Positions 12,311 through 25,655 are shown, counted from the first letter of the stretch. The stretch: 64,000 bases of DNA from Octopus bimaculoides (GCF_001194135.2 NC_068981.1:163335844-163399843), one strand, 5' to 3'. Program-made: numbers and translations. The notes: a model not told the origin generated them from the sequence alone.

Positions 12311-14764
12311 TTTCTATGCTTGCACAGGTCAGATGAAATTTGGTGTGGCAGGTTTTTTTTTTTTTTAATGGCTGGATGCTCCTCCTGTTGCCAACTCGTA
12401 CCAGTTTCCAAGCAAGGCAATATTTCTCCTTCAATCAAAAGCATCACAAATGACGAGATGTTTTCACATTTATTACAATAATGATTGTTCTTGATATAAG
12501 CATAAGCTATAACACTGGACTGATAGTGTTTGTTTCTCCCCCATCTGATAACTGGTGATAATTTGTTTCCATCTTTGTAACTTACCAGATAAAAAAAAAA
12601 GAATCAATAGAAGTACCGGGCTTTAAGTACAGGGGTTGATTTGTTCAACTAAACCCAGCATGGATGAAACAAGAATAAAATACATGTTTATATGTGTGTG
12701 TGTAATTTTAACTTCAAGCAGGCTCTTTGTGGAAGAACAGGTATCATGTACATGCATGATCATCATGATATCTGAATCAGCAAGTTCAATGGCCCACACC
12801 AGGAAGCTTCTAGATACTAAACAGTAGAATTTCAGGGAGTGAATCTAGCCTTATACCTATTATTTATCCTTGAACCAATTGATATACTGTATGACTATTT
12901 ACCCATTGTAGGAACTCAGTCATCCCTTATCTTGTTTATATTATCTCACTTGCTTATCCTGTATCTGCTTTATTAATCTACAGGTGCATTTGGGCTTAGG
13001 ATTTGTTAAGCTAAACAGTTATCTGTTTGGTCTCTTTATTGGTGTTGCAATAATAAGTCTTATAGTTCACCTTCTATGTAGTTTTTAGTTATGTTCATCA
13101 TTTAACAATTTGTCACATTACGTTTTACCATATACATTATACCTTTCAATCAGAAAAAAACAAAAAAACTTTTGGAGTTCTTTAACATTCTAATATCATG
13201 TAATTTCAAAATAATTTGAGTACTTACAAATTTTAAACTGGCCACTATGTCTAAGAAATTTGTTTCAAAAGTGCTAAGTCTTTTCTACACTGGAGGGGTG
13301 AATGAATTTCCATGTCCTTAAGTCAATGCCCCATGGCAGCAGATAGCAACTCAAGAAAGAAAAATACAGTCTTCGAGCAAATGCATTTCACCAGATTTCC
13401 TATGACTGGGTGTTCTGCCTGTAACCAACTCATACTTGTTTCTGAATAAAGTAACTGTTTCCCCTATTTCTTTAAACATGAACAGCCCAATAGTCAAACA
13501 TGTTTTTGCAGAAGACAGCAAATGAGTAATAAAGCTTGTATGATGACGGTGCTGGATGTTAAGACAACAAGAAAAATACACACACACAATGAGGTATTTA
13601 TGGGCATTGGTGAGCTTGGGGCAACAGAAGACACATGCTCAAGATGCTGTGCTGTGAGATTGAACTAAAAACTATGTCGTGGGTGAAGCAAATTCCATAA
13701 CCCCACAGCCATATTTATCTCCTCCTCTCGATATATACTTAGATAAATAGGTAAACAATTAGGTAGATATACAGATAGATAAAGAGACAGGTAATACAAA
13801 TATTAAACAAAATTACACGTTCAGTTACATAACACATGTAAGCATAAATATAATGATAATTAATTCTGTTTTATTGGTCACAAAGGCTAATATAAAGCAA
13901 AAACATGTAAGGACAAAGACAGGACGAAGGTTACAAAAGGTTTTGTCCGAAAAGAAGAAAACGTTCGTGTAAACAGAGGAAAAACAGAGAAAGATATAAC
14001 AAATAAAACTCCCAATAGGGGGAGGTGCTTCGAAAGGTTACACGTGGAAAAACCCACAAAAGCTACGGGAGCCTGGTCAGAAAAAATAAGAAAGGGGTAT
14101 AGTAATAATGTTGTCATTGTGTGTGTGTAATTTTAAACAGAATAAGTGGGAACTGACTTCTGGCTCAGTTTATGCAAAATGTAAAAAATGTAAGGTAAAA
14201 AAAAAAACTGGGTAACATATTTTGAATGTTTAAATATTTATTTGCCAAAAGATCCAATAGTTATAGTAAGGGTATTTAATGTATTTGAGATGATGGGGTG
14301 CGAAGGGTTTCTAAGCCGCTAGAAGAATACTACACAAAACCTTGTGTACGGTATTTACCTTCTTTTAACCTCCTTTCCCCATGTTTTTTCTCTCATGGCT
14401 GTAGTGAAATTTGATTCTCAAAGTAGTTAACATTACCTTCAATTTTTTCATTCAGCAGGGAACATAAAACAACCAAGAGCTGATAATAAATTAATTAATT
14501 TGATTTAATCCTTTCATAAAAAACAACAACAATCTCTCTATACAAGGTCGATATGTATGTGACCCTCATTTGTGCACAGTACACCCCAGCCATAATGGAG
14601 TTTCCATAATATGAAACCTACTTACAAATAAGTTCCACATTATAGCAAAATTTTCATCAACGTAATGCTTACACAATGCCCATTTTTTGCATGGCTGTGT
14701 AGGGAAGTAGTTAACTTCAAGTCTACAGTAAGACACTTACTTCTATCCCCCTATCATACTTTAA

Positions 14765-14910
14765 CGTTCCCCAGACCACTTCTTGCTGTGTTACAAAGTG
14801 TTAATTTATGTTTAAAAAAAGAAAAAATTATTTTACTAAATTCTCCCTTATTTACAGAATCAATTGAAGTAAAGACAGAGCATCTCAACAGAAATATGGT
14901 AACAGAAGGG
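14765..14910. mobile_element. Internally deleted piggyBac-like MITE (family B)
   Basis: Ends caacagaaatatggtaacagaaggg|ttaa, as at 24730-24752; TTAA also at 14761-14764. Confidence 0.65.
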
Positions 14911-15364
14911 TTAACCTCTAACCTCTCATCATCCGACATGAAACCACCTCCCTCAATACTACACTCTCAGTTGAAGGGTCTTGTCTTGAGAGTCACTGGG
15001 TGACCTCCCTTGTTCCTGTGCCATGTGATACGGTTGGTGCTATGAAGAGCATCAAGCTATGAAAAACATGCCAAAGCAGATATAGGTGCTTGGCAGAGTC
15101 CTCTGGTTTGTCAGCTCCTGACAGACTTTTCAACCCATGACAGCATGGAAAACAGAAGTTATATGATGACAATGATGATGATGATATCCTTATAACAGAC
15201 TCAGATAGATTGCGCAAAGGGAATCTGGCAGACTGAAAATGTTTTAAATCTATTATATACCCCCCCCCCCCCACTACCTACCTTGGACCCTCAACATCAG
15301 GACACACAGAGCATTATATGGACCTTAAACCTGATAGAATCCATTCCTTCCTAGATTTTGATAA

Positions 15365-15405
<41 letters not shown>

Positions 15406-15424
15406 ATCAAATACAATATCTTTT

Positions 15425-15790
15425 ATCTTTTACTTGTTCCAGTCATTAGATACAGCCATACTAGGGCACCACTTTCAAGAAATTTTGTTGAACAAACTGA
15501 TCCCAGTACTTATTTATTTGAAGTTTAGGTTTTATTCTATTGGTCTCTTTTGCTGAACCACTAAGTTACAGGATCATAAACACACCAACACAAGTTGTCA
15601 AGCAGTAGTGGGGGACAAACACAGACACACATATGAAGAGCTTCTTTCAGTTTCCATCTACCAAATCCACTCACAAGGCTTTGGTTGGCCAGAGGCTAAA
15701 ATGGAAGACACTGGCCCATGGTGCCAAGCAGTGGGACTGAACTTGGAACTGGTAAGAAACTTCTTACTGCAAAGCCACGTCTGTGCCTAT
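15425..15790 (-). mobile_element. tRNA/CORE-type SINE, CpG-decayed
   Basis: Reverse complement of the 22709-23090 family. Confidence 0.85.
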
Positions 15791-17749
15791 GGACTGGTAA
15801 TCTATTTCTCTCTACAGAAAGAATGAGACAACGTTGACCTCTGCATGATTCCAGCACAGGGAGTTGGAACAGACCACTTCAGAAAAACTCTACCAACTCC
15901 ACATGTACGTGTACGTGTGTGTGTGTGTGTGTGTGTGTCTGTAAGCTGGTAAGAAATGTGTTGAAAATACCCTTTTGTTTTAATGTATACATGTAGCCCA
16001 CTCCATAAGGTGGTGTTAACTGTAAAAACCCTACCAAAACAGACAATGAAGTCTGGTGCAGTCTTCTGCCTAGCTAGCCTTTGTCAAACTGTCCAACACA
16101 TGCCGGCATGGGGAATGGATGTTAAATGATGATGATGACGATGATACATGTGTGCATGTTTGTGTTCCCTTGTTTAGATATCAAGAGATGGCAGTATATG
16201 GCCTCATGGTCATGTGCACAAGCATGTTCATTTCTAGGACTTCTGTGAAAAACATGCCTAAGGTAAAAAATATTACCTTACTTAGTTAGAATAGGAGAGG
16301 GGATCTGGTTATAGGAAATCTGCCACAACAAATTTCATATGACCTATAAAAGCATGGAAAAGGGGACGCTAAATGATAATGCTAATATACATATATAGTC
16401 ACAATGAGGATACTTAAACCTCTTATAGGGATATTTATCCAAGATATACTGGTTTAATATATTAAATCTTGAAGAGATAATTCTTCAATGAATATATTAT
16501 ATAGAACATCAAAATATCAAACATTTTATTTTTATTGAGTTAGAAAACAGAGAGATCTAATGGATACAAATTAATCTGTTAATTAATCTACATATTCACC
16601 AACGATTGTTTCATTTCATAAATAAAATTAAAATTACAAAACGTATATAAATATGTAATTTTGCATTTTCAATACCTTGTATGGAAAATCACTAGGGTGT
16701 GCAGAGGACAATAAGGATTACATTAGGATACTTTTGGAATACACAGAATATAGACATGTTTACTATGTGTGTATGTATACGTGCGTGTGTGTACGCATGC
16801 GTTAAAATTATTCTACTTTCAATATTATTTTTGTGCATATATATATATATANNNNNNNNNNNNNNNNNNNNNNNNNNNNNNNNNNNNNNNNNNNNNNNNN
16901 NNNNNNNNNNNNNNNNNNNNNNNNNNNNNNNNNNNNNNNNNNNNNNNNNNNNNNNNNNNNNNNNNNNNNNNNNNNNNNNNNNNNNNNNNNNNNNNNNNNN
17001 NNNNNNNNNNNNNNNNNNNNNNNNNNNNNNNNNNNNNNNNNNNNNNNNNNNNNNNNNNNNNNNNNNNNNNNNNNNNNNNNNNNNNNNNNNNNNNNNNNNN
17101 NNNNNNNNNNNNNNNNNNNNNNNNNNNNNNNNNNNNNNNNNNNNNNNNNNNNNNNNNNNNNNNNNNNNNNNNNNNNNNNNNNNNNNNNNNNNNNNNTATA
17201 TATACACACACACACACACACATATATCTTGCTCAGTGTCATTTGGACTAATGAGTAGAGAGTGCTCAATACATGTAGTGGATATAGATTTTTTTCCTTT
17301 CATTTAAAACTTAAACTCAGAATTTTCAGTTTTATGCCACTGGACACTCGAGCTTAAATGAAAGAAACAAAACTATATTCATACACACACAACAAAACAC
17401 ATGTGCTCGTCTCTTTATCCATACTCTAGCTTCCCAACACCTCTACTACACTCCGACTCATTTGAAAGGGACTTCTTTAGTCTTTGTCTTGCAAGTTAAT
17501 TGGCAACTATTGCTAGTGTCACGAAAAAAAAAAAAAAAAAAAGCACCCCGTACACTCGGCAAAATAGTTGGCATTAGAAAAGCCATCAATCAGTAAGACC
17601 ATCCCAAAGCAGATTTTGGACCACCGACACTAGCCTGTGAAACTTAAACCTATACCAGCGTGATAGTAATGTGTGCGTGTGCGTGTGGATATAATGGAAT
17701 GAGGAAGTTAAACGATGATGATTATATATTACATGATGATTATATATTA

Positions 17750-17874
17750 CAGGGTGTCTACAAATTCTGGGTACATGTGGATTAACACATACTTTAAGAA
17801 ATTATTATTTCTTATATTTAATTGTTTGTTATGATTTTATTTACTCCATGTACTCAGACTTTGCGGACACCCTG
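17750..17874. mobile_element. Tc1/mariner-type MITE (125 bp)
   Basis: TA|CAGGGTGTCTACAAATTCTGGGTACATG...CATGTACTCAGACTTTGCGGACACCCTG|TA; 28-bp TIR with 4 mismatches and TA TSD. Confidence 0.9.
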
Positions 17875-17934
17875 TATTATACACATACATAACGTGTGGG
17901 TGTGTGTATAATGGAAAGAGGACGTTGAACGATG

Positions 17935-17968
<34 letters not shown>

Positions 17969-18040
17969 ATAAGTATATTATACACACGTATATGATATAT
18001 GTGTATGCATGCATGTACATTTACACCAATGATTGTGTGC

Positions 18041-18139
<99 letters not shown>

Positions 18140-18366
18140 TACACACACACGTATGCATACATACTCGGACACAAATACGTATATCAAATTCATTTTACTC
18201 GAGAATGCACCGTTTCCAAGCCCTTTGAATGTCTGCTTGTATGTACATGTACGTTCTCACGTATGTACCTATTTGGGGGTTGTTTTTTTTTCATAACCTA
18301 TAAAAATATAGGCTATTCTTTATTAATGTTAGTGTTTGCGCACGGGTTTATTTCTCTCTCTCTCTC

Positions 18367-18414
<48 letters not shown>

Positions 18415-19639
18415 TATACACACAAAAAAAAAGAGAGAGAATGAAATATAATAAACATACAACACGCGCGCAAGGATTACCACAAAAGACAGACAAAATA
18501 ATGCCAATATGCCAGAATATGAATTCGGGTGGAAGACAAAAAAAGAAAACGGAGTTATCTCCACTTTGACTGGACAATTAGAAAAAGACAGAGCGAGCGA
18601 GCGAGCGAGCGAACGAGAGAGAGAGAGAGAGAGAGTATTAGTCTGTGTCATAGCTGAAATAACGATTTCTGTTAACAAGACAAGGCGACAACTTTGTAGA
18701 GTTGTACAGATAGTTCGCTAGGTAGCTGGCTGGTTGGCTGAATCGACAACTTGTATTTCGTTGCATTAGACGCTACCTAGATGACCAGAATTGCTAAAGG
18801 GACTCGTTAGCAAATTCCCACAATGAATTTTCAAACAAACCTCTCTACAAACAATAGAAGGATGGGGGGAAAATGATTTAAATAAAATATGAACTGCTAC
18901 TTTCTATCCGTCTCTTATGCTTCCACAAGGCTACGCACTCCCACATACGATACCAGGGCTTGTCAAACACTTAAAAAATACATTTAATACACACGTATGT
19001 ATACTGACACATGCTATATATTTATTCATACACACACTTCGCGTCACGAGTTAAACCCTAAATGTGTACATTACATCTCTCCCTCGTGTGTATGTGTGTG
19101 TGTGTGTGCATGTATAATATTACGTAAATATTTATACAAATACACAAATTTATATGTACTTAGTTTATTTACAGATTTTATATGTATAGACACACACACA
19201 CACATATATATATTATATATATACCCCACACACTCAAAACTATATAAAATTATATACACATATACGCACGCATATGTATGTGTGTATTCACACAATAATA
19301 TAAGCACACAATACATATACACAAAGATATTTAACAAAATTGCACACAAACACAATACACATATATAGGGTATCTATGTTATAAGTGCGACTATATAGCA
19401 CCTAAAACAAATTGCGAAAGTATAGCAGAGGACTGGTGCGGATCTAAACACATATATGTACAGAATTTACTTGTGAATAAGTGTCATTATTTTATATGGA
19501 TTTTAACAGAAAAAACTAGGGTCCGACTTAGACATACATGGTGGGTCAAAGTTAAAATTATGACATGAAAAATTTTATACTAGGGGTGCGACGGATCCAC
19601 GAGTAAATACGTTGGAATATACATGTATTTATACACCGT

Positions 19640-19785
19640 ATATGCGTCTCCTTGTTTCTTTCTGTGGAAGAGCGTAGGCTCGAAACGTTAAAGACTTTTT
19701 CACTTCCCGAGCGTTAAACTAATACATCTGTTTGTTGTCTACACCACCTGCCTTCGTCTTTTTTGTGAATTCTCCCTATATATAA
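19640..19785 (+). mobile_element. Probable Penelope-like-element terminal fragment carrying a minimal hammerhead-like motif
   Basis: tcttt-ctgtgga-a-gagc-gtag-gctc-gaaac-gtt-aaaga; its 3' end (ttgtgaattctccctatatata) recurs at about 53125-53150. Confidence 0.5.
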
Positions 19786-19867
19786 ATATATATACATACA
19801 CACACCTTAAGGCGGTGCTCCAGCATTGCTGCAGTCAAATGACAAGCAAAAGAATGGAATGTGCACA

Positions 19868-19919
<52 letters not shown>

Positions 19920-20806
19920 ATATATATATATATATAAGCATATGTATGTAACTAATTTGGCATGTATATTAAATATGCATGTTGGACTACGCCTTGAAGC
20001 TTCTTGTGAAACAAATCATCTCCAATACTTTCTATCGGTTTGTTTTGCCGAACAGCTAAGTTATAGGGTCCTAAGCGCACCAACGCTGATTGATTGTGAA
20101 AGGGTGCGAGAACAAACACACTATATATATATATATATATATATAAAATAAACACACGCACTCATACGACGGTCTTCCAGGATTTCCATGCACCGTAATA
20201 CTCATGCGTGCCCAACGTGCAGCGAAGCGAGGTGCTTAACAGCAACACCTTCGTGCTGGTTAACATTTCGCGTACCTCATTTAATATACACAGGAGTTAT
20301 ATTATAAATTTCATGCTCAAGTAATACAGTAATTGGACGGGCTTGTACATACAGCGTGCCGTCCGGGGAATCCTATCTGACCCACGCAGGCAGGGTTGGG
20401 TCAGACATAGGAATACTTTGAAGACGATTTTCTACGGCCGAAAGCTCTTCCTGTTGTCAACCTTAACCGGTTTCCGAGCGAGGTAATACTTGGTCATGGC
20501 CAGACGTTTTTATTTTTATTTTTATGGAAGACTGAAAGCGAGCGCACACAACGGGCTTCCTTCAGAAGTTTCCGCCTATCAAATCCACTCACTAAGCTTT
20601 TGATCGACTCGTGGGGTACCGTTGAAGACACTTGCCCAAGGTGTCACACAGTGGGACTGAACACGAAACGTCTGTTTGTATATATGAACCTAATATATAT
20701 CTTAAAGTGTCCTACTTAATTCGTTTATGATATTAGGACTGCAGGATTTCTTGAAGGGTTTCCACATTGAGCGGCAAAAGGTTTAGACGGTACAATTTAC
20801 CGCGAA

Positions 20807-21179
20807 TGTTGGCACTCCGTCGGTTACGACGCCGAGGGTTCCAGTTAATCCGATCAACGGAACAGCCTGCTCGTGAAATTAACGTGCAAGTGGCTGAGCA
20901 CTCCACGGACACGTGTACCCTTAACGTAGTTCTCGGGGGAGATTCAGCGTGACAAGGCTGGCCCTTTGAAATACAGGTACAACAGAAACAGGAAGTAAGA
21001 GTGAGAGAAAGTTGTGGTGAGAGAGTACAGCAGGGTTCGCCACCATCCCCTGCCGGAGCCTTGTGGAGCTTTAGGTGTTTCCGCTCAACAGACACTCACA
21101 ACGCCCGGTCTGGGAATCGAAACCGCGAACCTACGACCGCGATTCCGCTGCCCTAATCACTGGGCCATTGCGCCTCCAC
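20807..21179 (-). mobile_element. tRNA-derived SINE (second family), intact with CpGs retained
   Basis: Minus-strand head gtggaggcgcaatggcccagtgattagggcagcg...gtttcgattccc has A- and B-box-like motifs, followed by a non-tRNA body. Confidence 0.85.
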
Positions 21180-21842
21180 ACTTTATCACGCAGACACTGA
21201 CATTATGCATAAACAATGCCTTCTTTTACACACAATGCATGAAAGCAGATCGACACATGAAACTGGCATTAAGAAATGAGAGATTAAACAACGTAGAAAA
21301 TATCCAAAATGCGGTATTATTTATTAACTCAAACTACACAGGGAAATCACGTTCAGGAAAAATGGGCGACCACTTATAAAATACACAGAGACATTTACTC
21401 CTTCAACTTCTGTTTATACGTCCCCGTTTCTAGCGGTTCGGCAAAAGAGACCGATAGAATAAGTACTAGGCTCACAAAGAATAAGTCCTGGGGTCGATTT
21501 GCTCGACTAAAGGCGGTGCTCCAGCATGGCCACAGTCTGAAACAGACTGAAACAAGGAAAAAAAAAATATGTGTGTAAATACATGAAGTACAACACCGAT
21601 ATTCCAGAAACTTTGGTTCCTAAGCGTTTCCGAATTAATAATTTTTTCCAAACACAATCTGAATTATACAAATATTAAATCTACTTATATAATTTTTTTT
21701 TTAAATTTAAAAAACCCAGCTACCTCTACAATAAGGTTAAATTAGCGGGGATTATAAAGAGGTTCCGGACCTTTCAGTATCCGGAAACTCGGTGCTGTAC
21801 CTGCATTGCGTGTTTATGTGTGTGTATACACACACATACCTA

Positions 21843-22146
21843 AACAAGTGTGTCCCCGACTTAATTTCTTTGTAATTTTCAGGAAAATACTAATATATCT
21901 TGATGAAATTTTATACAAATACTTTTCAGAATCTAGGGTGTAAAAAACTAAAAATGTTGGGCACTGTACGTGTGCATGTGTGCGCGAAACACTAATATTT
22001 TTTCCGCATTAGATTCCGGATATAACCCTAATATACACACCATTTGAAAAATATTTGTATGAAATTTCATTTAAAAAAAAAAAAAATCTGTTTTACGGAG
22101 AGTTTATGAGTAAATAAAATCGGGGTGTGGTGGGGAGCAAACTTGT
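21843..22146. mobile_element. Degenerate inverted-repeat element
   Basis: aacaagtgtgtcccc...atgaaattttatacaaatacttttca is mirrored by tgaaaaatatttgtatgaaatttcat...ggggagcaaacttgt. Confidence 0.4.
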
Positions 22147-22708
22147 AGCAGTTGCATAGTTTCATGGTTTTTTTTTGTCTTTTTTTTTTTTTTTTTCCTT
22201 ACTGGATGCGGTATCTCTTCGGATAGCTTAAATTTAAAAACAGAAAAGAAAGTGAATAAATATACAGCATTTTGGGCGTTCTCTGTACCCTTAAAATTTA
22301 TCGTCTCCGGGCAAATTTAAGTATATGCCTTTTTATGCATGTGCATATATATATATCACAAAAATCCTCGCATTTGAGAGGCGGAAGCGGCAGATGCAGT
22401 ATTATTAATGCCAAAAGGTAATATTTATCCCCACTTCAAAGTGGAGTTTAAGTGGGGATAAATACACATTTATACACGCACACAAGTATATGCTTGTGTT
22501 TGTTACCCACCCACAAGCTCTTGACAACCGGTGCTGGTTTGTTTACCTCACTAGAAACTTAGCGGTTCAGCATGGGACCGATTGAATAAGCACCAGACAA
22601 AATAATAATAATAAAAGCTAAGTACAGTTCGACTAAATCCATTTAAGTGATGCCCCAGCGTGGCCGTAGTCCAATGACTGAAACAAAGATAAAAATAAAT
22701 TCACAACG

Positions 22709-23090
22709 TAAGAGTGGCTACGTGGTAAGTAGCTTGCTTACCAACCACATGGTTCCGGGTTCAGTCCCACTGCGTGGCACCTTGGGCAAGTATAGCCTCG
22801 GGTCGACCAAAGCCTTGTGAGTGGATTTGGTAGACGGAAACTGAAAAGAAGCCCGTCGTATATATACATATGTGTGTGTGTGTTTGTCCCCCCCCCCCAC
22901 CAACATCGCTTGACAACCGATACTGGTATGTTTAGGTCCCCGTAACTTAGCGGTTCGGCAAAAGAGAGACCGATCGAATAAGTACTAGGCTTTCAAAGAA
23001 TAAGTCCTGGGGTCGATTTTCTCGACTAAAGGCGGTGCTCCGGCATGGCCGCAGTCAAAAGACTGAAAACAAGTAAAAGAGTAAAGAGTA
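22709..23090 (+). mobile_element. tRNA/CORE-type SINE (probably OR-family-like), full length, CpGs intact
   Basis: tRNA-like head (tggctacgtggtaag...gggttcagtccc), CORE-like ggcaccttgggcaag, internal (TG)n, tail aatgactgaaacaagtaaaaga-type. Dozens of related copies in the window. Family name is from recall. Confidence 0.9.
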
Positions 23091-23769
23091 TAACATTATG
23101 GAAGGTCCAACTATTGACTTAAAATCTATTGGATCGACGCGAATTTATGTATCTGCTTTTAATTCATAAATATATTTACAGAAAATAAAACATCTATATA
23201 TTATGTGGACGCATGTATACACATTACGTGCATACATATTGCATGTATGCACACAAATACATCTCGTAGTTGTCAGGCATGTATATTTCTATTATAGTCT
23301 CCTGACTTACAAAAAGACGGAACAGGAAGTAGATATGGGACACGTGACAAAAACATCCTGTTCAAGGAACTGACTTTTCTTTCATGCTCTCTCGCTGACA
23401 GAACAAAACTAGGTTAATTGTATCTATGTGTATATAGATAAGTACATACACATACATTTATACGTCTACGTATATACACATATGTATATCGATGTATGCG
23501 CACACAATTATACGTCTTAAGCTTTTACTTGTTTTAGTCGTTGGGCTGCGGTCATGCTAGGGCACAACCTTGAAGGGTTTAGTCAAACAAATCGACCCCC
23601 ATCAATTTTTCCACCCCCTCAAAACTTCGCACTTGCTCCATCTGTTTTTGTTGCTGAACAGCAAAGTTACGGGGACGTAAACAAACCCGCCTTGGTTGTC
23701 GTCGTATTCTATATGCGTGTGTGTTTCCGTCAACATTATCCACACGCAAAATTTTTGATGGCTCAAGGT

Positions 23770-24101
23770 GTTGCGTAGCGAAACTGCACCCAAGACCACA
23801 AGGTGGGAAAGCACGAAGCAGAGTACTTATTCTATCGGTTTCTTTTGCCGAACCACTAGGTTACGGGGACGTAAACACACCAGCATCGGTTGTCAAGCAA
23901 TGTTAGCGGGGGGTGGGGTGACAAACATACACACACAAATATATACGACGGGCTTCTTTCAATTTCCATCTACCAAATCCACTCACAAGGTTTTAGCCGG
24001 CCCGAGGCTATAGTAGAAGACACTTCACCCAAGGTGCCACGCAGTGGACTGAACCCAGAACCATGTCGTTGGTAAGCAAGCTACTTAGCACACAGACACT
24101 C

Positions 24102-24105
<4 letters not shown>
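23770..24105 (-). mobile_element. tRNA/CORE-type SINE
   Basis: Reverse complement of the 22709-23090 family. Confidence 0.85.
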
Positions 24106-24156
<51 letters not shown>

Positions 24157-24513
24157 AGGATTTCATATATATGTATATATATATAGTATTAAAACTTCAG
24201 ATGTATGTTAAATTCTGAATTAAAAATAAATCAATGAAGTAATTTAGTATGGACGGGTGACGGAAAGACAGATATGCGTGTACATGTGTGTGTGTGTGAA
24301 TATTCTATACGTAAACTAATTTTCTCAGCTACCATATATATAACTTCATTGCCACTGCCAGTCACACAAAGGAACTCATCCACAAATGTTACGATATTTG
24401 TAGCGAAATGTACTGTTATATTATTGCGTTTTTGTTATCCGAACTGCGATTGTCATCCTCCTATACTCATATCCATACATCACACCTTATGCAGATATTG
24501 TAACAGTTTTTAA

Positions 24514-24752
24514 CTGTTTTGTTCCTAACCACCTCAGACCGTCCTTGGTCTTTTGATACAAACCCCATTGTTTAAAATGATATAAATTGTAATCTTTCAT
24601 CAAAATTCTATACTAATATAGACATCTGCTTAATAATAAGAAATTTAATCTTTAATAATTAGGTAGTTATCTTTTTTTACTAAATTCTTCATGGTTTTTT
24701 AAAAATTGAATGAACAAACGCAGTATGTGTCAACAGAAATATGGTAAAGGGG
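24514..24752. mobile_element. piggyBac-like MITE (family B)
   Basis: TTAA at 24510-24513; ends gtcaacagaaatatggtaaagggg; similar to 4445-4662, 4725-4946 and 14765-14910. Confidence 0.65.
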
Positions 24753-25359
24753 TATAAACAAGTCCGGTCGCATAACCTCTGGGTAACACGAAGCTTCGAG
24801 AGAAAACTGATGAAAACGTAAATATAAATAAATCTGTGTTGTTTATTTAAAAGCATTTGCTGACGGTGTGAGACCAAACTAACAGAGAATCAAACCAAAA
24901 GACAAGAAAATAGGCGAAACTTAAAAAGCCCAGCCACTTTATCGTTACTATATATGTGTGTGGTGTGTGTGTGTGTCCTACTTGTTTCAGTCAATGGATT
25001 GCGGCCTTGCTGGGGCACCGCCTTGAAGGGTTTAAGTCGAACAAATCAATCCCGATAGTTTTTTCTTCAAAGTCTGGTACTTATTCTGTTGGTCTCCTTT
25101 ACCGAGCCAACACTGGTTTGTCAAGCTTATGTGTGATGTGTGTGCGTGGGGGGGGGGATATTAAACCGGTCTGCACACAAACACACACACACATATATAT
25201 ATATACATGTAACCATGCACAGACATTATACACATACATGTAATCGTTGAATCACCGTGTATAAATATTCATATATCTAGATGAATAAATTTTATACACG
25301 TTCGTGTATCTGTGTAAATATACACACACGTGTATGAATATAAATGTGCAAACATACAT

Positions 25360-25437
25360 TACGATAGATAGCTAGATAGATCGACAAACAGACATATAGA
25401 CAGACAGACAGACAGACAGACAGATAGATGATTGACT

Positions 25438-25488
<51 letters not shown>

Positions 25489-25655
25489 GATTGACAAACA
25501 GATAGATAGATAGATAGATGATTGACAGACAGACAGATAGATAGATGATTGATAGATAGATAGATAGATGATTGACAGACAGACAGATAGATAGATGATA
25601 GATATATAGATAGATATATAGATAGATAGATAAATAGATAGATAGATAGATATTA
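25360..25655. repeat. Compound (GATA)n/(GACA)n satellite with recurring GATGATTGAC variant units
   Basis: Direct reading. Confidence 0.95.

Noticed and set aside
13474-13552. Minus-strand terminal-exon candidate PSSYKLYYSFAVFCKNMFDYWAVHV*
   Set aside because: No homology recognised; introduces a stop within the presumed exd intron.
14735-14779. Minus-strand exon candidate QEVVWGTLKYDRGIE
   Set aside because: Overlaps the MITE left end; no recognisable homology.
14858-14898. Plus-strand exon candidate (SIEVKTEHLNRNM) with a good acceptor
   Set aside because: Lies within the family-B MITE terminus.
21100-21179. tRNA gene
   Set aside because: The tRNA-like head continues into a SINE body and lacks a complete acceptor stem.
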